IMG/VR virus record: IMGVR_UViG_3300037851_000345
Location: 124,067-188,066 of that record
Reading direction: 5' to 3' (one strand)
Length of the DNA: 64,000 nucleotides
Source of the DNA: a virus
Taxonomy: Duplodnaviria; Heunggongvirae; Uroviricota; Caudoviricetes
The notes under the pieces are model-generated. The model was not told where the DNA came from and ran no database searches. It saw only the letters and a program-made list of their open reading frames with translations. Below, piece by piece: positions 27,536-34,242 of the stretch (position 1 is its first letter; every line of letters starts with the position of its first letter). The position numbers and the translations under genes were made by a program.

Positions 27536-27640
27536 GAATGAATGTTGAAAGCAAAGGTTACTAGGTCGCACCTGAGTGAGTTCGATTCTCCAAATCGCCG
27601 CGGTCGGCGTGGAGTTCGATTCCCTAATCAACATTCATTC
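27536..27640 (+). repeat. 13-bp inverted repeat (GAATGAATGTTGA / TCAACATTCATTC) enclosing about 79 nt with two direct copies of a T-arm-like GAGTTCGATTC motif
   Basis: The two arms are a perfect reverse complement. The interior carries tgagtgagttcgattctcc and gtggagttcgattccct. Confidence 0.5.
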
Positions 27641-27647
27641 TTTTTAT

Positions 27648-27723
27648 GGCAAGGTCGCTTACGTGGTCAGAGCATCCGCCTGAAGCGCGGAAAATGGGTG
27701 TTCGATTCACCCCCTTGCCACCA
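27648..27723 (+). tRNA. tRNA-Phe (GAA), CCA encoded
   Basis: Acceptor GGCAAGG/CCTTGCC perfect, anticodon arm TCCGC-CTGAAGC-GCGGA and T-arm GGGTG-TTCGATT-CACCC. Confidence 0.7.
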
Positions 27724-27736
27724 TTTGAATTATTAT

Positions 27737-27820
27737 GCCTAGGTGGTGGAATTGGGATACCGTGCGGACTTAAAATCCGTTGGCCTTCGGGCCATGTGGG
27801 TTCGAACCCCACCCTAGGCA
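27737..27820 (+). tRNA. tRNA-Leu (TAA), type II
   Basis: Acceptor GCCTAGG/CCTAGGC perfect, anticodon arm GCGGA-CTTAAAA-TCCGT, variable hairpin GGCC-TTCG-GGCC and T-arm GTGGG-TTCGAAC-CCCAC. Confidence 0.65.
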
Positions 27821-27827
27821 GTTTTGT

Positions 27828-27901
27828 GGGGTCGTAATTCAACGGCAGAATAGTTGACTTTTAATCAATCTATAGAAGTTCGATTCTTCTCGGCCCCACC
27901 A
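27828..27901 (+). tRNA. tRNA-Lys (TTT), CCA encoded
   Basis: Acceptor GGGGTCG/CGGCCCC, D-arm ATTC/GAAT, anticodon arm GTTGA-CTTTTAA-TCAAT and T-arm AGAAG-TTCGATT-CTTCT. Confidence 0.65.
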
Positions 27902-28070
27902 TTTTTTGCAATTTTAACCGACAGCGGTGTGGATAGAGTACACACTATCGTTTGCGTGTTTTCTAGAGGAATACTAGACAGATGGACGATTCCTGCACCT
28001 AATCTAGAAGGTAAAGATACGATGTAAAAGTAGGAAAGTTGGAATATAAATTCCAACCTGTCGGTTTTAT

Positions 28071-28142
28071 GGGTCTATATGTCAACGGCTAGACGAACTG
28101 ACTCTTAATCAGTAGATGGAGATTCGATTTCTCCTAGACCCA
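28071..28142 (+). tRNA. tRNA-Lys (CTT)
   Basis: Acceptor GGGTCTA/TAGACCC perfect, anticodon arm ACTGA-CTCTTAA-TCAGT perfect and T-arm GGAGA-TTCGATT-TCTCC. Confidence 0.7.
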
Positions 28143-28148
28143 CTTTGC

Positions 28149-28222
28149 GCCCTGTTAGTTCAACGGATTAAGAATATGGTGCTACGAACGCCAAGATGGA
28201 AGTTCGATTCTTCCACGGGGTA
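28149..28222 (+). tRNA. tRNA-Arg (ACG)
   Basis: Acceptor GCCCTGT/ACGGGGT with 2 G-U pairs, D-arm GTTC/GAAT, anticodon arm TGGTG-CTACGAA-CGCCA and T-arm GGAAG-TTCGATT-CTTCC. Confidence 0.6.
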
Positions 28223-28238
28223 CTTTGAATTTTTAGAT

Positions 28239-28312
28239 AGGGGATTATGTTAACGGTAGACTACTTCGTTTACACCGAAGGAGCGCGGGTTCGATTCCTG
28301 CATCCCCTACCA
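28239..28312 (+). tRNA. tRNA-Val (TAC), CCA encoded
   Basis: Acceptor AGGGGAT/ATCCCCT perfect, anticodon arm CTTCG-TTTACAC-CGAAG perfect and T-arm GCGGG-TTCGATT-CCTGC. Confidence 0.65.
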
Positions 28313-28322
28313 TTTTATTTTT

Positions 28323-28415
28323 GGATGCGTCAAACGTAATTGGTAACGTCCCGGTCTTGAAAATCGGTCGCGGGGTTAACTACTTCGCGTGGGAGTTCAA
28401 GTCTCTCCGCATCCG
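28323..28415 (+). tRNA. tRNA-Ser (TGA), type II
   Basis: Acceptor GGATGCG/CGCATCC perfect, anticodon arm CCGGT-CTTGAAA-ATCGG, long variable hairpin and T-arm GGGAG-TTCAAGT-CTCTC. Confidence 0.6.
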
Positions 28416-28418
28416 CAT

Positions 28419-28503
28419 GGAAGTTTGACAGAGTAATAATGTGCCGACCTGCTAAGTCGTGGCCTACGTAACAGTAGCGTGTGTGCGACCCACACAACTT
28501 CCG
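28419..28503 (+). tRNA. tRNA-Ser (GCT), type II
   Basis: Acceptor GGAAGTT/AACTTCC perfect, anticodon arm CCGAC-CTGCTAA-GTCGT at 4 bp and T-arm GTGTG-TGCGACC-CACAC. Confidence 0.5.
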
Positions 28504-28561
28504 AATTGAATTTTTATTGTTTTGATATTATAAATACCGCCATAGTATTTGGGGGTGTAAA

Positions 28562-28804
28562 ATGTCAGAACAAAACAAAGTAGAAGTAAGCCACATGGGA
28601 CGTTACGCAGACAACTTGCAAAATGTGTTGGACAAACTAGGAGCCGTGAAATTGTTGAGAGCAGACTACGAGAATGACTACCAAGGCCACGTAGACGTAG
28701 ACGTATTATTGGGGGACGGCAAGGTGTTCAGTTACAACTACTCCTACGGGAGTTGTAGTGGTTGCGATGAGTGGGAAGATAGGTCTTATCAGACGGAGAG
28801 GTAG
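28562..28804 (+). CDS. hypothetical small protein
   Basis: 80 aa ORF with SD gggggtgtaaaatg in a gap of the tRNA array. Confidence 0.4.
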   Translation: MSEQNKVEVSHMGRYADNLQNVLDKLGAVKLLRADYENDYQGHVDVDVLLGDGKVFSYNYSYGSCSGCDEWEDRSYQTER

Positions 28805-28943
28805 AGGCTGTGATGTTAGAGGAAGCAACCATTTTCGCAAATTGGCACGACTACAGTTTATTCATCAACAAGGCAAGGCTGAAAAACGTTCTAGGTGTTG
28901 AATAGGGGGCTGAAAGGCTCTCTTCTTCTACAAGCAATTTTAT

Positions 28944-29015
28944 GTCCCCGTGGTGTAACGGATAGCGCAAGGGTCTTCTAAATCCTTAGTAGGGGTTCAA
29001 TTCCCTTCGGGGATG
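28944..29015 (+). tRNA. tRNA-Arg (TCT)
   Basis: Acceptor GTCCCCG/CGGGGAT, anticodon arm AGGGT-CTTCTAA-ATCCT and T-arm AGGGG-TTCAATT-CCCTT. Confidence 0.6.
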
Positions 29016-29020
29016 CATAT

Positions 29021-29091
29021 AGCCGTTTGGTGAAATAGTATCACACAGGGCTTTGAACTCTGAGGCGGTGGGGCAGAACCATCAACGGCTG
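29021..29091 (+). tRNA. tRNA-Gln (TTG); T-loop GGCAGAA
   Basis: Acceptor AGCCGTT/AACGGCT perfect, D-arm GTGA/TCAC and anticodon arm CAGGG-CTTTGAA-CTCTG. Confidence 0.6.
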
Positions 29092-29153
29092 AAGAATTAA
29101 TACTGACAGCGGCATGAAGAAATCGTAAACACGAGCATCCGGCAGGCCAAGTG

Positions 29154-29176
29154 AAAAAATTAAGGCCTAATTTTTT
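29154..29176. terminator. AU-rich palindromic hairpin (possible bidirectional terminator)
   Basis: aaaaaattaaggcctaatttttt is near-perfectly palindromic around GGCC. Confidence 0.25.
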
Positions 29177-29359
29177 CGTAAAGTTTAGCGGAGATTGGAA
29201 AACCTTTTGTATCCTGTATCATTCAAATATGCGTCTCTAATGAATTTGAATGTTGAGATACATTTGCGAATGGCAAGCCACCGATGAACACATCTAGATG
29301 TGTTTATTAGTAGTCATCCAATTTAGTTGGGGTAACGTCCAACCTGTCAATTTATATAT

Positions 29360-29431
29360 TGGGTGGTAAGTCAATAGAAGACGGCTGGCGTCGGAAGCCA
29401 GAAGTTGTGGGTGCAAGTCCCACCCACCTAA
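29360..29431 (+). tRNA. tRNA-Pro (CGG)
   Basis: Acceptor TGGGTGG/CCACCTA, anticodon arm CTGGC-GTCGGAA-GCCAG perfect and T-arm GTGGG-TGCAAGT-CCCAC. Confidence 0.5.
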
Positions 29432-29438
29432 TTTTTAT

Positions 29439-29514
29439 GGGGTTAGTGGTGTTAATAGTAGCACAACTGATTGTGACTCAGTAGGACAGGATGCAAATTC
29501 CTGCTATCCCTCCA
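29439..29514 (+). tRNA. tRNA-His (GTG) with genome-encoded G-1 and CCA
   Basis: An extra 5' G precedes the acceptor GGGTTAG/CTATCCC. D-arm GTGT/GCAC, anticodon arm ACTGA-TTGTGAC-TCAGT perfect and T-arm CAGGA-TGCAAAT-TCCTG. Confidence 0.6.
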
Positions 29515-29555
29515 AAATTTGAACTCAAAACTTATCAAAAACAATAAATAATAGT

Positions 29556-30476
29556 ATGAAGGTTCAACTCACTAAAATATGTTTGGAATGTGGTAAGTCT
29601 TTTATTTTTAAAGATAAGAGACAAAAATTTTGTAATAATTCTTGCTCTGCCAAATACAGCAACAAACACAGAAATTACAATCCATCAGATGATAAAAGAA
29701 CAAAGCAAATGAATTGTTCGGGTTGTGGTAAAAAAATTCTGGTCGATATTAGGGCAGGTCAAAATGTTAAATGTAAAAAATGTAATGAACTGCGAAGAAA
29801 AAAATATTCCTCACGATATATAATTAAAAATGATAAATTAATATGTAAATATTGTGGACAAGAAAAATGTTTGCGGCCTGATGTGTGTAGAAAACACCAA
29901 ATATTTCCCACATTAATAAACTATTTTGGATTTGATAAAACCAAAATAGGAACAATAAAAATTTATGAAGAATTTGACCGAATAAAAAATAAAATTATTG
30001 AAGATTATTGGAATAAAAAATTAAGTACTTTAGATTTATCAAAAAAATATATGTATTCCTCAAATAATATACGACATTTTTTAAAGGAAATGAATATTTC
30101 TTTAAGAAATTTATCTTCATCAATAAGAAATGCTGTTTTAAATGGTAAAAATATATCACACGGAATAAACCAATATAAATGCGGTTGGCACACTACTTGG
30201 GATAATAAACAGGTTTTTTATCGAAGTTCTTACGAATTGAATTATGCCGAAGAATTGGATAAACAAAAAATAGAATATGAAATGGAAAAATTAAGAATAC
30301 TTTATTGGGACACACAAAAACAAATACAAAGAGTAGCCATTTCTGATTTTTATATTCCATCTCAAAATAAAATAATAGAAATTAAATCTCCTTATACTTT
30401 AAATGAACAAAATATGAAAGATAAAGAAAAAGCATATAAAGAACACGGATATAAATTTGAATTAATTGTTATGTAA
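29556..30476 (+). CDS. homing-endonuclease-like protein (Cys-rich zinc fingers + PD-(D/E)XK-like C-terminus); paralog of 21404
   Basis: The N-terminal FCNNSCSAKYSNKHRNYNPSDDKRTK..C.GCGKK aligns with the 21404 protein. C-terminal DFYIPSQNKIIEIK resembles a D..E.K core. Confidence 0.55.
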   Translation: MKVQLTKICLECGKSFIFKDKRQKFCNNSCSAKYSNKHRNYNPSDDKRTKQMNCSGCGKKILVDIRAGQNVKCKKCNELRRKKYSSRYIIKNDKLICKYCGQEKCLRPDVCRKHQIFPTLINYFGFDKTKIGTIKIYEEFDRIKNKIIEDYWNKKLSTLDLSKKYMYSSNNIRHFLKEMNISLRNLSSSIRNAVLNGKNISHGINQYKCGWHTTWDNKQVFYRSSYELNYAEELDKQKIEYEMEKLRILYWDTQKQIQRVAISDFYIPSQNKIIEIKSPYTLNEQNMKDKEKAYKEHGYKFELIVM

Positions 30477-30477
30477 A

Positions 30478-30565
30478 CGCTAGCGTGTTGGAACTGGTAT
30501 TCATCGTGCGCTTAGAACGCACGGCCTGAAAAGGATTGGGGGTTCGAATCCCTTCGCTAGCACCA
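30478..30565 (+). tRNA. tRNA-Leu (TAG), type II, CCA encoded
   Basis: Acceptor GCTAGCG/CGCTAGC perfect, anticodon arm GTGCG-CTTAGAA-CGCAC perfect and T-loop TTCGAAT. Confidence 0.65.
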
Positions 30566-30590
30566 AGTATTTAATTTTAGGAAAGATAAA

Positions 30591-31373
30591 ATGAAGAAAG
30601 ATGACATTGGAAATAGGATGAAATCGAACTACGAGGACAGGACACGAATTTGTCTGCCCCGTAGGACGCACACCATTATCCGAATTGACGGCAAGGCCTT
30701 TCACACGTACACGCGTGGGCTTACCCGCCCGTTCGATGATGGGTTCATCGAAGATATGGACGCAACTGCGGCCTATCTCTGCAAGAACATTCAAAACGCC
30801 AAGTTTGCCTACGTGCAGTCTGATGAGATTTCTATTCTTCTTTCAGATTACGATAAGATTACAACGGATGCTTGGTTCGACAACAACATTCAAAAAATGG
30901 CAAGCGTGTCGGCAAGTATGGCAACGAGGGCTTTCAATGAGGCAAGGACGAAGAGGCTTATTTATGACGAAAGTCCATTAGTTCCTGCACACGAAGTTCC
31001 TATCCGAATGAAGTGGGCAGAGTTCGACAGCAGGGTGTTTCAAATCCCTGAGTGGACTGAGGTTGAGAACTACTTCATTTGGCGACAACAGGATTGCGTT
31101 TGCAACAGTATCCTTTCAGTTGCACAATCTCTCTACTCGCACAAGGAAATGAACGGTAAGAACACTTCAGAACTTCAAGAAATGATTTTTCAGAAAGGAA
31201 CGAATTGGAACGACTTTGCTCCCAAGTACAAGAGGGGTAGAGTTATCAGGAAAGACCATACCGTTGTCGGTGAAACGGTACGTAGTAAATGGATTTCCGT
31301 TGAGCCACCGTCATTTACGCAAGAGCGGCAAATTATGTGCTTCTACGTGGAGAAGGCGGGGCAAGTATTTTAA
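30591..31373 (+). CDS. Thg1-like protein (tRNA-His guanylyltransferase family; 3'-5' nucleotidyltransferase, tRNA 5'-end repair)
   Basis: IRIDGKAFHTYTRGL and YVQSDEISILL match the Thg1/TLP catalytic motifs. Confidence 0.7.
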   Translation: MKKDDIGNRMKSNYEDRTRICLPRRTHTIIRIDGKAFHTYTRGLTRPFDDGFIEDMDATAAYLCKNIQNAKFAYVQSDEISILLSDYDKITTDAWFDNNIQKMASVSASMATRAFNEARTKRLIYDESPLVPAHEVPIRMKWAEFDSRVFQIPEWTEVENYFIWRQQDCVCNSILSVAQSLYSHKEMNGKNTSELQEMIFQKGTNWNDFAPKYKRGRVIRKDHTVVGETVRSKWISVEPPSFTQERQIMCFYVEKAGQVF

Positions 31374-31374
31374 T

Positions 31375-31461
31375 GCTAAGGTGCTGGAACTGGTATTCAA
31401 TGCGGTCTCAAAAGCCGTAGCCGGTAACGGATTGTGGGTTCGAATCCCACCCTTAGCACCA
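31375..31461 (+). tRNA. tRNA-Leu (CAA), type II, CCA encoded
   Basis: Acceptor GCTAAGG/CCTTAGC perfect, anticodon arm GCGGT-CTCAAAA-GCCGT, variable hairpin CCGG-TAA-CGG and T-arm GTGGG-TTCGAAT-CCCAC. Confidence 0.6.
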
Positions 31462-31462
31462 C

Positions 31463-31538
31463 GGGTCAGTCGGTTAATTGGATAAACCATTGGTCTCCAA
31501 AACCAAGACTGGGGGTTCAACTCCCTCCTGACCCGCCA
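31463..31538 (+). tRNA. tRNA-Trp (CCA), CCA encoded
   Basis: Acceptor GGGTCAG/CTGACCC perfect, D-arm GGTT/AACC, anticodon arm TTGGT-CTCCAAA-ACCAA perfect and T-arm GGGGG-TTCAACT-CCCTC. Confidence 0.7.
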
Positions 31539-31575
31539 TGTTTTTCGTGCCACAAAACCAAAAATGCAACACTCT

Positions 31576-31586
31576 GTGGTATAATT
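31576..31586 (+). promoter_or_regulatory. extended -10 promoter element TGTGGTATAAT
   Basis: Located 28 nt upstream of SD aggagg and the band-7 gene start. Confidence 0.45.
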
Positions 31587-31613
31587 AAAGTAAGAGCGAA
31601 GGAGGCTCAAAGA

Positions 31614-32576
31614 ATGGGCGGTATTGTTGTATTGGCCTTAGCGGTCATAGGTCTTATTGTTATGTGGATTGGTAAGGGCATTCGCGCCGAGGCAATCAAG
31701 GGGCATGATGAGGAATCAGCCAATGCGGGACGCATGGGGTATTTCGTTGGTCTGTGTATGCTCATTGTATTTGGGCTTGGTTTTCTGTCTCGCTGTATCA
31801 CTACAGTCGATGCGAGTGAGGTTAAAGTCCAAATCATGTTCGGTAAGGTACTCGATAATGTGCTGACAGAGGGTATCAACTTTAAGAGTCCGTTTGCCTC
31901 CACTGTTACGTACAATGTGCAATTGCGGGAGACCACGATGGATATTAAGGACGGCAACTATCTTCAGGCATTGACTTCCGACAAGTTGGCGGTCAAGGTT
32001 GACGCTACGATTTGGTGGAAGATTCTTAAAAATCAAGTGAAGATGATTCGGCGTGATATATCCGCAACGGAGAGCGATATTGACGATATGATTACGTTCC
32101 CCGCAATTCGTTCAGCCGTCAGGGACGCTTCGGTTTATTACACCTTTGAAGAGATTACGTCCGTGAAAGGTCGTACCGAATTGACAAAAAAGATTGACGA
32201 AATCCTAATTAAACTAACACACGACAAGGGTGTAGTCATCGACACGGTTATGATTCGGAATGTAGTTCCCGAAGACCAAAGGGTTACTGCCGCTATCGGT
32301 ATGAAACTTGAACAGCAACAGCAACTTCAGGCCAAGGAGTACGAGTTGAAAAAGTCCGAAATGGATGCAAAGATTCGTATTATGAACGCCGAAGGTATTG
32401 CGAAGGCTCAGGACATTATTCATCAGACCTTGACCCCGCAGTACTTGCAGTTTGAGGCCATTCAGATGATGAAGGACGTTGCTCACTCCAAGAACTCCAC
32501 CTTCGTCTTCGTGCCGACAAGTTCAAGTCAGGTCGGTATACCAATGGTCTATTCGTTGAAGGATTTTCAGAAGTAA
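31614..32576 (+). CDS. SPFH/band-7 (prohibitin/HflK/C-like) membrane protein
   Basis: An N-terminal TM helix is followed by the SPFH-domain layout and an AEG(IV)A..Q region. Start set to the Met after SD; the 31434 N-terminal extension in the ORF track overlaps tRNA-Trp. Confidence 0.65.
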   Translation: MGGIVVLALAVIGLIVMWIGKGIRAEAIKGHDEESANAGRMGYFVGLCMLIVFGLGFLSRCITTVDASEVKVQIMFGKVLDNVLTEGINFKSPFASTVTYNVQLRETTMDIKDGNYLQALTSDKLAVKVDATIWWKILKNQVKMIRRDISATESDIDDMITFPAIRSAVRDASVYYTFEEITSVKGRTELTKKIDEILIKLTHDKGVVIDTVMIRNVVPEDQRVTAAIGMKLEQQQQLQAKEYELKKSEMDAKIRIMNAEGIAKAQDIIHQTLTPQYLQFEAIQMMKDVAHSKNSTFVFVPTSSSQVGIPMVYSLKDFQK

Positions 32577-32579
32577 GGC

Positions 32580-32888
32580 GTGAGCCAAAAAAAGATTTCG
32601 CAGGGGGCTTCTTCGGAAGCCCCTTTGCATTTTAAATCCCTAACAGATGCGCAAAGGGATAAACTTTTGCGCAAGGCTACGTCGTGGGCAACGTTGCACA
32701 ACGAAGATATTGAAGGAGAAACCCAAAATAAAATTTGTTCGGATTTGAAATGTAAGAACCGTACCCTGTGTAAACACTCAGGAGAGACGGAAGCGTGGTT
32801 CCAAAGCGAATTTCTCTTACCTTCAATTCACTCTTACCTTTGTTTTGGTTGGATGTATCCTGATAAATTAGAAGTACTTGACAAGTGA
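32580..32888 (+). CDS. hypothetical protein
   Basis: 102 aa ORF. Confidence 0.35.
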   Translation: MSQKKISQGASSEAPLHFKSLTDAQRDKLLRKATSWATLHNEDIEGETQNKICSDLKCKNRTLCKHSGETEAWFQSEFLLPSIHSYLCFGWMYPDKLEVLDK

Positions 32889-32893
32889 ATTAA

Positions 32894-34051
32894 ATGCACA
32901 TCTTACTAGTTGAAGCCGATGTGAAGCGCATCGCCCCGAATTTAGCGATGTTAAAATGGGCTACTTATGCTGACCAGCGAAGTGATAGTTTTCAATATGT
33001 AATTGGTAAAAAAAATTTTCTGAAACAAACCCCTGACCTGATTCTTATGAGTTGCATATTCTCGTTCTACTCTGAAGAATACAGACAACTACTTGTGCAT
33101 TATAAACGACTGTTTCCAAAGGCAAGAGTGATGGTCGGCGGCGCATTTCCTACTTTAAATCCCGAATGGTTTAAACAGAATTTACCATTCGCAGATGTCC
33201 ATGAGGGAATACACTCCGATATCGAAAATTTGCCGTTGAAGTATTCCATCGCTCCGTGGTCGAAGAAAATTGTCGGCTACGCAAGTCGTGGTTGCACGAA
33301 CGCTTGTAAGTACTGCGCCGTTTCGAAACTAGAGGGGCGTATGCGTTCGTTCCCGTCCATCAGGCCGATGATCGACAACGGCTTGAATGAAATCAAAGAC
33401 CCGTCAGGAATTGTCCTCTACGACAACAACTTTACGGAGCATGAGTACTTCGACAAAATCTGTGATGAATTGGAAGAGTATGGCTTGCCGATTGACATTC
33501 ACGGCCTTCACGTTTCGTCCTTTACTGACCACCAGGCCGAAAGGTTTGCACGATTGAAGTGGGGCGCACAACACGAAGCAGGAACGTCCTACATGAGATT
33601 CTCGTTCGATTTTGTGGGATATCAGGCACACATTCTAAGGGCTTTGAAACTCGCTGAGAAGCACCAAATCAAGGCAGGATTCTTCTGTTATATGCTTTTC
33701 AATTGGGTTGACAGCCCTGATGATTTTTGGAAGCGTATTGTGATGGCTCAGGAAATGACGGACGAGGTAGGGCGCACGATATTCCTGTTCCCGCAGCGGT
33801 TCGAACCGCTAGACGCTCTGACCCGTAACAACTACATCGGGGCAAAGTGGGACAAGGACTTGGTAACGGGGATGGTGCGCCTCTACACCTTCATGCACGG
33901 CTTTCTGCCTGTAACCACGAGCCACAACATTTTTAATTGGATTGGCCACACCAAGGAAGAGTTCCTAGACAACGCAAGAAAGTTTGCAACCGTTAAAAAG
34001 TTCCGACTAGAGAAGAAAAATTGCCCACCACCAAAAGTTTTACAAATGTAG
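32894..34051 (+). CDS. radical SAM protein with N-terminal B12-binding-like domain
   Basis: GCTNACKYCAV is a CxxxCxxC motif. The N-terminal 120 aa form a Rossmann-like, cobalamin-binding-type region. Confidence 0.55.
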   Translation: MHILLVEADVKRIAPNLAMLKWATYADQRSDSFQYVIGKKNFLKQTPDLILMSCIFSFYSEEYRQLLVHYKRLFPKARVMVGGAFPTLNPEWFKQNLPFADVHEGIHSDIENLPLKYSIAPWSKKIVGYASRGCTNACKYCAVSKLEGRMRSFPSIRPMIDNGLNEIKDPSGIVLYDNNFTEHEYFDKICDELEEYGLPIDIHGLHVSSFTDHQAERFARLKWGAQHEAGTSYMRFSFDFVGYQAHILRALKLAEKHQIKAGFFCYMLFNWVDSPDDFWKRIVMAQEMTDEVGRTIFLFPQRFEPLDALTRNNYIGAKWDKDLVTGMVRLYTFMHGFLPVTTSHNIFNWIGHTKEEFLDNARKFATVKKFRLEKKNCPPPKVLQM

Positions 34052-34056
34052 TTTTT

Positions 34057-34067
34057 TGTGGTATAAT
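34057..34067 (+). promoter_or_regulatory. extended -10 promoter element TGTGGTATAAT
   Basis: Followed only by ORFs under 50 aa before the minus-strand block. Confidence 0.35.
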
Positions 34068-34242
34068 TAAGACATGAAAGTTATTAATTTTGTTTGGGGA
34101 TGGTCACTGATGATTGAGTGTTATTTGTGGAGTATATTACAAGACTATCTTCCCAAAGGAAAAATTAAGGATAAATGCGGCGAACGTGCTTGCCATTTGG
34201 GTATTTTCGCAATAAATCGCCTTACGAATGGCAGAGCTTTCT

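Noticed and set aside
27331-27842. ORFs 27331..27525 (-), 27542..27742 (+), 27624..27842 (-), 27646..27837 (+), 27865..28056 (-)
   Set aside because: All lie over tRNA-Leu(GAG), tRNA-Phe, tRNA-Leu(TAA), tRNA-Lys and the inverted-repeat elements. No start or SD context.
30501-30794. 97-aa minus-strand ORF
   Set aside because: It overlaps tRNA-Leu(TAG) and runs antisense to the well-supported Thg1-like gene.
31311-31610. Minus-strand ORF 31311..31610 and the N-terminal 60 codons of plus ORF 31434..32576
   Set aside because: Both cover tRNA-Leu(CAA) and tRNA-Trp. The band-7 gene more plausibly starts at ATG 31614 after SD aggagg.
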